This document shows, piece after piece, positions 1 through 9,034 of a stretch of DNA of 64,000 nucleotides; position 1 is the first letter of the stretch, and every line of letters starts with the position of its first letter. A program made the translations under genes and the position numbers. Source of the DNA: Opitutia bacterium (GTDB taxonomy: Bacteria > Verrucomicrobiota > Verrucomicrobiia > Opitutales > Opitutaceae); assembly GCA_947449835.1 (NCBI GenBank), contig CANFSZ010000005.1, forward strand, positions 5,812 to 69,811, read 5' to 3'. The notes beneath the pieces are model-generated. The model was not told the DNA's origin and ran no database searches. It worked only from the letters and a program-made list of their open reading frames with translations.

Positions 1-35
1 GCAAGTCCTTTAACTGATCTCCGCGGCGCTCAGCC

Positions 36-773
36 TCAGCCGTCGTTGTCCGATGCCGCGCCGGCGCGAGCCTCGTGCAAGGCCACTATGCCGAACGTGA
101 GGCCACGGGCGCTGACTTCATCAAAACCCGCTGCTTGGATCTCGGCGGCCAGCGCTGGGCGATCCGGAAATTGCTCAATCGTTTCGTTGAGATAAACGTA
201 CGCTGCTTTGTCTCCCGTCACCGCTCCCGCCATTTTAGGCAAAACGTGGCGCAGGTAGAAAAAATAAAACGGCCTGAACCACGTTTGTGGCTGAGAAAAT
301 TCCAGCACCCACAGGCGACCGCCAGGCCGGAGCACGCGCCGCATCTCGTTCAGCGCCCGATGCCGATCGGCCATGTTGCGCAGCCCAAACGAAATCGTGA
401 CCGCATCAAAACTAGCGTCCGGTACGGGCAAATTCAATCCGTCGCCCGGCTTAAACGTCACGTTTGTATAACGCGGATCTTGCGCGCGTTGCTGTTTCAA
501 GACCGCCTCGTCGAGCATCGGTTGGCAAAAATCCATGCCGATGATCTGGGTCTGCGGCGCGAGCCCCCGAGCCAACGCAAACGCCACGTCGCCGCTGCCC
601 GTGGCCAAGTCCAACACCTCGCGCGGGGCATGCCGCCGCACAGCTCCCACCAACGTGCGGCGCCACCAGCGATCAATGCCGCCGCTCAACAGCCGGTTCG
701 CGAGGTCGTAGCGCACGGCGATGCGCGAAAACATCGAATTTACCGCAGGGGGATCAGGATTTTTGGTGGCCAT
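36..773 (-). CDS. ubiE: Demethylmenaquinone/ubiquinone C-methyltransferase (UbiE/MenG family)
   Basis: 245-aa ORF. SAM-binding motif VLDLATGSGD. UbiE-type blocks FSRIAVRYDLANRLLSGGIDRWWR and ISFGLRN. ATG start, TGA stop. Confidence 0.9.
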   Translation of the reverse strand: MATKNPDPPAVNSMFSRIAVRYDLANRLLSGGIDRWWRRTLVGAVRRHAPREVLDLATGSGDVAFALARGLAPQTQIIGMDFCQPMLDEAVLKQQRAQDPRYTNVTFKPGDGLNLPVPDASFDAVTISFGLRNMADRHRALNEMRRVLRPGGRLWVLEFSQPQTWFRPFYFFYLRHVLPKMAGAVTGDKAAYVYLNETIEQFPDRPALAAEIQAAGFDEVSARGLTFGIVALHEARAGAASDNDG

Positions 774-888
774 GGAATAGGTAATAACCCTTAAGATCGT
801 ATTTACCCAAAGGGTTGACGCAACTCAGCTTCTGAGGAATTGTCTTTTTGTTCACGTTACAAACAAAACCCTAAACGCACATCCAACT

Positions 889-1200
889 ATGTCCTCAAAT
901 CTAACTAAACGGGAAATCGTACTTAACATCTTCCGCAAGACGGGATTTCCTCAGAAACAGATTGTTGATACGGTTCAGCAGACGCTGGACATTATCCAGA
1001 AAGCCTTGGCGGACGGACGTAACGTCGAGCTCCGCAACTTCGGCGTGTTGGAAGTCCAAGTGCGTAAACAACGCGTCGGCCGCAACCCCAACAAGCCCGA
1101 GGCTGAAGTCATTATCCCGCAGCGCGCTGTGGTGAAATTCAAGTCCGGCAAGATCCTCAAGCAACAGCTCAAGAAGATCGATTTGGCCAAGATCGGCTAA
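889..1200 (+). CDS. HU/IHF family DNA-binding protein
   Basis: 103 aa. Typical HU/IHF layout (LTKREIV..., RNFGVLEVQVRKQRVGRNPNKPEAEVIIPQRAVVKFKSGK beta-arm). Followed by a strong terminator. Confidence 0.85.
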   Translation: MSSNLTKREIVLNIFRKTGFPQKQIVDTVQQTLDIIQKALADGRNVELRNFGVLEVQVRKQRVGRNPNKPEAEVIIPQRAVVKFKSGKILKQQLKKIDLAKIG

Positions 1201-1221
1201 TTCGCGGCTCCGTTTTATTTC

Positions 1222-1258
1222 GACCCGGCCCAGTTTCGACTGGTCCGGGTCTTTTTTT
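1222..1258 (+). terminator. Rho-independent terminator after the HU/IHF gene
   Basis: gacccggcccag / ctggtccgggtc form a 12-bp stem with 1 mismatch. Loop is tttcga. A T7 run follows. Confidence 0.8.
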
Positions 1259-1300
1259 GGTTGGCGGGTGACGGGTTCGGGGCGCTACCTTGCCGGTCCC

Positions 1301-2611
1301 ATGGCCACGTTCCAGACCCTGCCCGGTTTCCGCGAGTTCTATCCCGAAGATCTTTCCCGCCGGAATCACATCTTCCGTCTCTGGCGTCAGACCGCCGGCG
1401 CTTATGGGTTTGCCGAATACGACGCGCCCGTGCTTGAGCCGCTCGATCTTTATAAAACCAAGTCCGGCGACGAAATCGAAGGCCAACTTTTCAGTTTCAC
1501 CGACAAAGGCGGCCGCGAAGTCGCCCTCCGGCCCGAGATGACTCCGACCGTGTGCCGGCTCGTCGGCGCCAAAGCCAGCGCCCTCAAGCGCCCGATCAAG
1601 TGGTACAGCATCGCCGAATTTTACCGCTACGAGCGCATGCAAAAAGGCCGCGGGCGCTGCTTCTTTCAGTTCAACGCCGATATTTTCGGCGAACCCGGCC
1701 CCGAGGCGGAGATCGAGCTGATCGCGCTTTTGACCCAATGTCTGTGCAGTTTCGGCCTCACCGAGCAGGATTTTTACGTGCGCCTGAGCGACCGGAATCT
1801 GTGGTTTTATTATCTCGAAGCACTCGGGCTCGACGAAGCGCGCATCCGCGCCGTGTTGGGCGCCGTTGATAAATTCGAAAAAATGGGCGACGACGCCTTC
1901 AAGGCCTACGCGGAGCAATTCGGCGAATTGGAAGCCGGCCTCAAAGCCAAGGTGCTCGAGTTTCTCCAAATCAAATCGTTGCCGGCGCTGGAAGCGGTGC
2001 TCGCGCCCATCGGCGGCGAGAAACTCGCGGCGCGTTTGGGCGATTGGCGGAAACTCCTTGGCGGCCTCGCCGCGATGGGGCTGGAGCGCTTCGTCGAAGT
2101 CGATCTCGGGGTCGTGCGTGGTCTGGCGTATTACACGGGCTTCGTTTTCGAGGCGTTTGACCGTAAAGGCGAACTCCGCGCGCTGGCCGGCGGCGGGCGC
2201 TACGACGATCTCGTGCAAAAACTCGGCGGCCCGGCGTTACCGGCGGTGGGCTTTGCGATTGGCGATATGACGTTTGCGCTGCTGCTCGAACAGCGCGGTT
2301 TGATGCCGACGTTTGTGCAGGCGCCCGATATATATTGCGTGATCGGCGGCGAGGCGGAGCGGCGCGCGGCGTTTGCCGATATTCAAGCGCTGCGGGCGAT
2401 GGGCTATCGCGTCGATTATCCGCTCAAGGAAGTCGCGTTCGGGAAACAGTTCAAAACCGCTTCAGATTCCGGCGCTAAGTTGGCGCTCATTTACGGCGCC
2501 GAAGAATTAGCGAAGGGCATCGTGAAAATCCGCGACCTCGGTGATCGCACCGAGAGCGAAGTCGCCAGCGCCAACGTTGCGGCGACCGTGCGGGAATTTT
2601 TTACGACTTAA
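1301..2611 (+). CDS. hisS: Histidine--tRNA ligase
   Basis: Class II aaRS HisS blocks (GFREFYPED, LRPEMTPTVCR, YYTGFVFEAF, GGGRYDDL). Start moved to ATG 1301 (MATFQTLPGF) from the GTG at 1268. Confidence 0.95.
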   Translation: MATFQTLPGFREFYPEDLSRRNHIFRLWRQTAGAYGFAEYDAPVLEPLDLYKTKSGDEIEGQLFSFTDKGGREVALRPEMTPTVCRLVGAKASALKRPIKWYSIAEFYRYERMQKGRGRCFFQFNADIFGEPGPEAEIELIALLTQCLCSFGLTEQDFYVRLSDRNLWFYYLEALGLDEARIRAVLGAVDKFEKMGDDAFKAYAEQFGELEAGLKAKVLEFLQIKSLPALEAVLAPIGGEKLAARLGDWRKLLGGLAAMGLERFVEVDLGVVRGLAYYTGFVFEAFDRKGELRALAGGGRYDDLVQKLGGPALPAVGFAIGDMTFALLLEQRGLMPTFVQAPDIYCVIGGEAERRAAFADIQALRAMGYRVDYPLKEVAFGKQFKTASDSGAKLALIYGAEELAKGIVKIRDLGDRTESEVASANVAATVREFFTT

Positions 2612-2767
2612 AAAATAGCAGAAAGACGTGTCACAGGTGACTCCTACACGGCTTTAAAAAGTCTGTTTAAAGTGCGTTTGAGTTGCAGCTTATCTTGCTT
2701 AGGTGCGCCACTGTTTCTCGTGCATTCTCGGCCTCGTAATCCCAAGACAAAAGTCTGGCTAAAAATT

Positions 2768-3085
2768 TTACGGGTGAGGAGTGATTGCCACAATGGTCAA
2801 AACGGGCACGCGCTTTTTGCCTTCACCAGCATTTGGCCCATAATGGAAGAAGACGCGATACGCTCCGGGTGTTTTGTTTTGCGCGTAGGCCTCCCAGATT
2901 CGCTCGCCTTTGGCTCCTGCTAGGGAGCTGTATTCATGAGTCTTTAGGCTCGGGTGTTTGATGTTGGTCTCTAGCAATCCCAAAGTCTTACGCACCTGCT
3001 TAAGGAGGCCGATTTTAGCCGGATTAGTCTCAAGGGCTAACAGTTGTTCATCCGCCTCATCGGTGAAAATTAACTCCCTTTGCAT
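2768..3085 (-). CDS. Type II toxin, RelE/ParE superfamily-like
   Basis: 105 aa, located 4 nt downstream of a small antitoxin-like ORF. C-terminal pattern GAYRVFFHYGP...VLTIVAITPHP resembles the RelE/ParE fold. Lies in the AT-rich islet. Confidence 0.6.
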   Translation of the reverse strand: MQRELIFTDEADEQLLALETNPAKIGLLKQVRKTLGLLETNIKHPSLKTHEYSSLAGAKGERIWEAYAQNKTPGAYRVFFHYGPNAGEGKKRVPVLTIVAITPHP

Positions 3086-3088
3086 GAA

Positions 3089-3385
3089 TCAATCCTCCTT
3101 GGCGTAAGTTGCGAAGGAGCCACGTTTCTTGGTGCGACCAGTAGCTGATTGGGCGAGACCTCGTTTAACTGAAGCAAGGGCTGGTTTGTTTTCGTAAAGC
3201 CAAGTTTCATACACGGGCACGGCTTTCACGGGATCGAGCATGATTTGTCCGATTTGGTTGCGGTAGATGTTGTAAGCAACTCCAGCTTGAGCTGCGGCTG
3301 ACCCTAGGCTGAGACGCTTTTTGGCGTCGGGTTTGATGATTTCATTGATCAACTCGAAATGGGTGCCTTTGAAGAAAATACTCAT
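3089..3385 (-). CDS. Type II antitoxin, AbrB/SpoVT(MazE)-like
   Basis: 98 aa, upstream of and nearly abutting the toxin. N-terminal swapped-hairpin-like segment (IIKPDAKKRLSLG) and a basic C-terminus. Confidence 0.55.
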   Translation of the reverse strand: MSIFFKGTHFELINEIIKPDAKKRLSLGSAAAQAGVAYNIYRNQIGQIMLDPVKAVPVYETWLYENKPALASVKRGLAQSATGRTKKRGSFATYAKED

Positions 3386-3420
3386 AGTGAAGTTAACTTG
3401 ATCTGTTCCCCTAAAGACAC

Positions 3421-3444
3421 AAGTGGGATAATCCCACTTTTTTC
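3421..3444. promoter_or_regulatory. Perfect 8-3-8 palindrome plus T-run; candidate TA operator or terminator
   Basis: aagtggga-taa-tcccactt followed by tttttt. Sits 36 nt upstream of the antitoxin ATG and downstream of the ABC ATPase stop. Confidence 0.4.
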
Positions 3445-3621
3445 AGAAAACCTCCACAAGGAGTTCAGGGACTTCTCAGGCTAAAGATGAGTGAATTTTT
3501 AACATCGCTATCACCGTCTGAGCGGTGCGCTTTCTTCGCTCCCCTTCTCTTTGATACTATGATGCAAAAATCAAAGCTCCTACGGTCGATGTACTTCTTT
3601 CGAATCAAACACTCACGTCGA

Positions 3622-4620
3622 TCAGGCTGGTTGGCTCTTGGCGTCGTTGGAGGTGAAAAGCTCGGCAATGATGTCTTCGAGCGGAACGTCTTCGATCGTG
3701 ATGTCAGCGACGGGGCCGGTGCTCAGGATTTCCTGCGAGACGGCTACGATGGTTTCGCTGGGCGTGCGCACGGTAAATTTTCCGGTTTCGGCGTCGCGCT
3801 TGGTCTCGCCGTGACCGGAAGTCCACGTCTCGGGAAACGACGTGTCGCCGGGGAGAAACGTCAGGATTTTTTTGCGGCTGCCTGAACCGGCCTCAAGGCG
3901 ATCGAGGGCGCCGTCGTAGATTTTGTTGCCCTTGTGGATGACGATGACGCGTTCGCAGAGCTCTTTGATGTCGGCCATGTAGTGGCTCGTGAGCAAAATG
4001 GTGACGCGGTATTTGCGGTTGTAGTCGCGCAGGAATGAGCGGACGGCTTTTTGTGAAATCACGTCAAGGCCGATGGTCGGCTCATCGAGAAACAAGACGC
4101 GCGGGCGGTGCAGGAGCGCGGCGATGAGCTCCATTTTCATGCGCTCGCCGAGCGAGAGCTCGCGAACCATGACGTTCAATTTTTTCCCGACATCGAGGAG
4201 CAGCACAAGCTCGTCGAGGGTGGTTTTGAACTCAGCGGGCGGGATGCCGTAAATCGCGCGCAACAGGTGAAACGACTCGATGGCGGGCAGATCCCACCAA
4301 AGTTGGTTTTTTTGGCCGAGGACGAGCGCGAAGAGACGGCGGTAGGCGTTCTCGCGTTTTGTCGGATCGTAGCCGGCGACGCGAGCTTGGCCGCTCGTCG
4401 GGTAGATCAGCCCCGAGAGCATTTTCAGCGTCGTGGTCTTGCCCGCGCCGTTGGGCCCTAGGAAGCCGACGAATTCACCCTCGGCGATTGTGAACGAAAT
4501 ATCTTTGGCCGCGGCGGTTTCCTCGAATTCGCGTTTAAACAAACCCTTCACGCCGCCCCAGAAGCCAGGGATTTTTTTATAGGTGCGGAAGACGCGGGTG
4601 AGGTTTTGGACTTCGATCAT
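3622..4620 (-). CDS. ABC transporter ATP-binding protein (ABC-2/COG4586-like), no adjacent permease
   Basis: Walker A GPNGAGKTT, signature LSLGERMK, Walker B LFLDEPTIGLD. Start set at the internal ATG (MIEVQNLTRVF), because the upstream ORF extension is Arg-rich junk. Confidence 0.85.
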   Translation of the reverse strand: MIEVQNLTRVFRTYKKIPGFWGGVKGLFKREFEETAAAKDISFTIAEGEFVGFLGPNGAGKTTTLKMLSGLIYPTSGQARVAGYDPTKRENAYRRLFALVLGQKNQLWWDLPAIESFHLLRAIYGIPPAEFKTTLDELVLLLDVGKKLNVMVRELSLGERMKMELIAALLHRPRVLFLDEPTIGLDVISQKAVRSFLRDYNRKYRVTILLTSHYMADIKELCERVIVIHKGNKIYDGALDRLEAGSGSRKKILTFLPGDTSFPETWTSGHGETKRDAETGKFTVRTPSETIVAVSQEILSTGPVADITIEDVPLEDIIAELFTSNDAKSQPA

Positions 4621-4739
4621 CGGAATGCGCAGTGAAAGACCTTGTGGCCAAGATGCAAAGGCAACTTTGGCGGCACAAAAAAGCCCGGACCCTGTGTGGG
4701 CCCGGGCGGGTGTTTTTGAGTGTTTTTTATAAAACCTGC

Positions 4740-5864
4740 TCAGCCTTGGGTAAACGCGGGGAGTTTCACGATTTTGCCGCCAGCGAGCGCGGACTCGTGG
4801 GCGCAGAGACCGACGCAAGTCCAGTTGGCGGATTTGACGGCGTTGGGGTAGCACTCACGGCCCTCGACGAGGGCGGTGAGGAACTCGTGGACCAGATGCG
4901 GGTGCGAGCCACCGTGGCCAGCGCCTTGGGTGAAGCTCAAGTGCGTTTTTTTGCCCAGATCGTAGACGCCCTTAGTCGTGAATTTCTGGATGCCTTTTGG
5001 CAGGCGCTTCGCGTAGTCGGGGGCTTTGACTTTTTGCGGGATTTTATGCTCGGGTTTTTTCGCGGTGTGGAGAACGTGCGGCTCGTGTTCGATGAGCGAC
5101 CACTCAAAGGATTTTTTCGAGCCGTAGACGTCGATGCTCTCGCGGTATTGGCGGGCGGTATCAAAGAGCGAGCGGATGATGCGCGCGGTGAGGTCGGAGT
5201 TTTTGAATTTGATGTGGGCGGTCTCGACAGCGAAGGGCGAACCGTAGTTTTTAACGAGCTCTTTGCGGATCGTGCCGGAGCCGAAGCAGGAAACGTATTC
5301 AGCGGTGGCGTCGGTGAGGGCGAGAATAGGCCCGACGCAGTGCGTGGCGTACCACATGGGCGGGAGGCCGGGCCAGTAGTTTGGCCAACCGTCCATGTCT
5401 TGCTGGTGGCTGGCTTGGAGAAACTGGATTTTGCCTAGGTCGCCGCGATCGTAGAGTTCTTTGACGTAGAGATATTCGCGGGCGTAAACGACGGTCTCCA
5501 TCATCATGTAGTTGAGGCCGGTTTTCTTGGTGAGTTCGACGATGCGTTTGCAGTCGGCGACGGAGGTGGCCATCGGGACGGTGCAGGCGACGTGTTTGCC
5601 GGCTTTGAGCGCTTTGATGGATTGCTCGGCGTGGTCGGGGATCGGCGTGTTGATGTGAACGGCGTCGATGTCGGGATCTTGGAGTAGCTCGTCGTAATCG
5701 GTGTAGCCGCGCGGAATGCCGAAGGCGTCCTGAATAGTTTTAAGTTTCTTCGGGTCGCGTTGGCAGACGGCGAGCAAGTGGGCGTTGGGGTGCGCTTGGT
5801 AAATCGGAATAAACTCGGCGCCGAAACCAAGGCCGATGATGGCGATGTTGAATTTTTTGCTCAT
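4740..5864 (-). CDS. Gfo/Idh/MocA family oxidoreductase
   Basis: N-terminal Rossmann motif IAIIGLGFGAEF. 374 aa, of the type commonly found next to PVC heme-binding proteins. Confidence 0.85.
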   Translation of the reverse strand: MSKKFNIAIIGLGFGAEFIPIYQAHPNAHLLAVCQRDPKKLKTIQDAFGIPRGYTDYDELLQDPDIDAVHINTPIPDHAEQSIKALKAGKHVACTVPMATSVADCKRIVELTKKTGLNYMMMETVVYAREYLYVKELYDRGDLGKIQFLQASHQQDMDGWPNYWPGLPPMWYATHCVGPILALTDATAEYVSCFGSGTIRKELVKNYGSPFAVETAHIKFKNSDLTARIIRSLFDTARQYRESIDVYGSKKSFEWSLIEHEPHVLHTAKKPEHKIPQKVKAPDYAKRLPKGIQKFTTKGVYDLGKKTHLSFTQGAGHGGSHPHLVHEFLTALVEGRECYPNAVKSANWTCVGLCAHESALAGGKIVKLPAFTQG

Positions 5865-5887
5865 GGGAAAAGAAGAAAAGCTGCGGA

Positions 5888-8800
5888 TTATTTCAGAGTT
5901 TGGATGAAGGCTTCGATGTCGGAGAGTTCTTGCGGGCTGAAGATGTCGCCCATCGGCGGCATAGGGGAAGCGGTGTATTGTTCGTAGCCCTTCGCGATGA
6001 CTTTGCTAGGTTCCATCAGACTCTCGTGGATGTAGGCTGGGGTGGTGCGTGAGGCGATGCCGTCGAGCGCGGGGCCGACGTTGCTGCCTTGGCCGTTGAG
6101 CGCGTGACAGAGAATGCAAGCGGCGGGGTGTTTGAGGAACAGTTGCTGGCCGCGTTGGGCGTCGGCGACGGTAACTTTGTTGGGATCTTCAAGCGGGATG
6201 AGTTCGCTCAGGCGCACGTCGTCGACTTGGATTTCACCTTTGCCGGCGAAAATGAAACTGAGGCTGGCTTGGGTGCGGTTGCCGCTGTTGAAGTCGGTCT
6301 CGATCTCGAGCCAATCGGAGTCGCGGCGGCGGATGAGGTCGGTCTCGGTTTTACTCAGAGTTTCGCTAAAGTTAATGCGGCCCGACATGCCTTTGGTTTT
6401 GATCCAACCTGCGAGACGATACTGGGTGTTGGGTTTTACGGGGACGTCGATGTAGAGGCTCGTGTCGACATCGTAGGCGGCGACGGCGCGCAGGGCTTGC
6501 TTGCCGCCGTGAGCTTCTTTTTCGCCGCTGGCGGCGCTCCAAACGAGGGTCTTGTTGCCGTCGCGGTTGCTGAGGTCGCGACGTTGCCAACCGACGGGCA
6601 AGCCATCGGCGCTCATGGCCTCGAAGCCGCCGGCGGTGAGAATGTTTTCGCCGTTGCGGTAGAGCGCGGCGCCGTGGATGCGGCCCAAGATGCGGGTCGC
6701 TTCTTTGAGCCAATCGTCGGCTTGGTTGGCGGGGTTGCGGACGAGGCTGGCGACGACGGTTTGGATTTGTTTGGTCTCGGAGAACTCAGCGAGTTTTACA
6801 AAGGAGGCGAGTTTGGTGAGCGCATCGGGATCGCTGACGACGGAGCTGCCAAAGTAGAGCGCGACGGCGCGGGCGTCGTTACCGAGGGCGCGGATGGCGT
6901 TGCGGCGGACGGCGGCGTCGGCGTGATGGAGCGCGCCGCGGTGCGTGGCTTCGTCGAGGAGCCCGAGGCCGTGGAGCGTCCAGAGCGCGTGGATGGCTGG
7001 AATCGCGGCGGGAGCGCGGACGAGGGCTTTGAGGGCTTCGGCGGCGTCGTGGTGTTGACCCTCGACGAGGAGACGCTGGGCGGTCAGACGCCAGAAAAGC
7101 GTGGATGAATTTAAAGCGGCGACAAGTTGGGCGGTCTTGGCGCCTTGGAGGGAAGTGATCGCAGCGGGTTTGGCTTGATCCCAGACGACGCGATAAATGC
7201 GACCGCGGGCGTGATCGCGGAGTGGGTTTTCGTGGGCGCCGCCGACGCCGGTTTTGGCCTCGTAGCCGCCGCGGCCGACGTTGGGCGTGGGGTTGTGTTG
7301 GATGATGTAATTTTGCCAGTCGGAGAACCAGACCGCGCCGTCGGGGCCGACTTCGGCGAAGACGGGAGACATCCATTCATCGCTGCTGGCGACGAGCGGG
7401 AAACCGTCGTGGGCGGCGTAGCCCGCGCCGTCGCGGACGACGTCGAAGAGGGCGATGTTTTTCATCGTGGGCTCGCAGACCATGGCTTTGCCCTGGAGGC
7501 GCGCGGGGAGATTATCGGAGTAGATGAACGCGCTGCCGGCGGCGGCGGTGTAGCCGCCCATGACGTCGACTTGGCGGAAGTTGGGCGTGATCGTGTGGTC
7601 TTTGTCTTCGGTGTTGATGCGCTTGGCGGTCATGGCGCGGACGCCTTTGGGGACGATGGTCGCGGGGATGCCGCCGAAGAAAATCGGGGCATTGTTGGCG
7701 GTGCCGCCGAATGCGTCGCCGAATTGATTTACGCTTTGAGCCCACGTGTTGTTGGTAAACTGGTGGAGGAATTCGAGGGCGGAGCCATCGGCTTTGAAGC
7801 GGTAGATGCCCTGCGCAAATTGTTTTTCAACGCCGCCGATGGTACCTTTGAAACCCGAGTAGCCGACGGCGCCGGTGAGCCAGTTGTCGAAGCCGTAGTG
7901 GAGATTGTTGGCTTGGGCGTGCGTGTCGTTGATGCCCCAGCCGGTCATGATCTCGGTGCGGACGTCGGCCTTGTCGTCGCCGTTCGTGTCTTTGAGAAAG
8001 AGGAAGCGCGGGGATTGGGCGACGACGATGCCGCCGTTGGCGAAGGTGAAACCGGTGGGAATGTTGAGGTGATCGGCGAAGATGGTGAACTTATCGGCGC
8101 GGCCGTCGCCGTCGGTGTCTTCGCAAATTTTGATGCTGTCGTTGCCACGGCCGTCGGGTTTGACGTCGTGCGGGTAATCGCGGGTTTCGGCGATCCAGAG
8201 GCGGCCGCGTTCGTCCCAAGCCATGAAGATGGGTTTGGCGATGTCGGGCTCGCCGGCGAAAAGGACGAGGCGCAGATCGGGGGCGACTTGGGTGCGCTCG
8301 ACGCTGCCTTTGACGTTGAAGGGAAATTGAAACGTGAGGGGCTCGGGTCGTTTTTCGTAGTTGGCGATGGTGGGGCGGGCTTCGCGTTGCTCGGGCTCGC
8401 GTTGGGCTAGGAATTTTTTCCAGGCGGCGACGCGCACAGGGCCGGCGGCGGCGAGGAGCTTGGGCTGCACGGCGAGGGCGTAGCCTTCGGCGGCGGAATC
8501 ACCGAAGGAGGCCGCGGCGACGACATTCGCGGCGGGCGTGGCGGCGAGGGCTTTGGAAAAAAGATCGGCCGGGGCGTCGAGGACGAGGACGTCGAACTTG
8601 GCGACGAAGGCGGGCGTGGCGGCGGCGGGCTCGGAGATGTAATCAAACCAGATGGCGTCGCGGCCAAGGTCACGCATCAGGACGTGGGCGTTCATGCGCG
8701 GCGTGCGGTCGGGTGTGCCTAGATAAAGGACGCGAATCGGGTTGGCCGCGCAGCTGAGCGCCAGTGATAACAGAAGCAGGAAAATCGCCGGAGTTTTCAT
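5888..8800 (-). CDS. PVC-type heme-binding CxxCH protein (putative membrane-bound dehydrogenase domain, HEAT repeats, CBM-like jelly roll, C-terminal cytochrome c)
   Basis: Signal peptide MKTPAIFLLLLSLALSCA. Dehydrogenase-domain block WIAETRDYPHD...DTDGDGRADK. C-terminal CILCH heme motif. Confidence 0.85.
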   Translation of the reverse strand: MKTPAIFLLLLSLALSCAANPIRVLYLGTPDRTPRMNAHVLMRDLGRDAIWFDYISEPAAATPAFVAKFDVLVLDAPADLFSKALAATPAANVVAAASFGDSAAEGYALAVQPKLLAAAGPVRVAAWKKFLAQREPEQREARPTIANYEKRPEPLTFQFPFNVKGSVERTQVAPDLRLVLFAGEPDIAKPIFMAWDERGRLWIAETRDYPHDVKPDGRGNDSIKICEDTDGDGRADKFTIFADHLNIPTGFTFANGGIVVAQSPRFLFLKDTNGDDKADVRTEIMTGWGINDTHAQANNLHYGFDNWLTGAVGYSGFKGTIGGVEKQFAQGIYRFKADGSALEFLHQFTNNTWAQSVNQFGDAFGGTANNAPIFFGGIPATIVPKGVRAMTAKRINTEDKDHTITPNFRQVDVMGGYTAAAGSAFIYSDNLPARLQGKAMVCEPTMKNIALFDVVRDGAGYAAHDGFPLVASSDEWMSPVFAEVGPDGAVWFSDWQNYIIQHNPTPNVGRGGYEAKTGVGGAHENPLRDHARGRIYRVVWDQAKPAAITSLQGAKTAQLVAALNSSTLFWRLTAQRLLVEGQHHDAAEALKALVRAPAAIPAIHALWTLHGLGLLDEATHRGALHHADAAVRRNAIRALGNDARAVALYFGSSVVSDPDALTKLASFVKLAEFSETKQIQTVVASLVRNPANQADDWLKEATRILGRIHGAALYRNGENILTAGGFEAMSADGLPVGWQRRDLSNRDGNKTLVWSAASGEKEAHGGKQALRAVAAYDVDTSLYIDVPVKPNTQYRLAGWIKTKGMSGRINFSETLSKTETDLIRRRDSDWLEIETDFNSGNRTQASLSFIFAGKGEIQVDDVRLSELIPLEDPNKVTVADAQRGQQLFLKHPAACILCHALNGQGSNVGPALDGIASRTTPAYIHESLMEPSKVIAKGYEQYTASPMPPMGDIFSPQELSDIEAFIQTLK

Positions 8801-9034
8801 AGGGAGACGAACAGAGGTTTCAGACGTGGGGTAAAAATCGGGCGGCGGTAAACGATGAGCGCGCCGCAGCGATGAGGGTAAAGAAAACGAAATCAGTTTT
8901 TTGGGCGCAAGATCGCAGGAGAGAAATACGGATTTCTACTTTGGTAATTTTTTTCAGGAATGCAGAAGATTCGGCATCGGACCGTCAAACCGCGCATAGC
9001 CGTTCTTCGCCGGTGTCAGATCGGGAGCGCGCGC

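Noticed and set aside
6089-8410. Plus-strand ORFs of 339 and 427 aa (6089-7108, 7127-8410)
   Set aside because: They are antisense to the PVC heme-binding gene and give Gly/Ala/Asp/Val-rich featureless translations. They are a GC-driven artefact.
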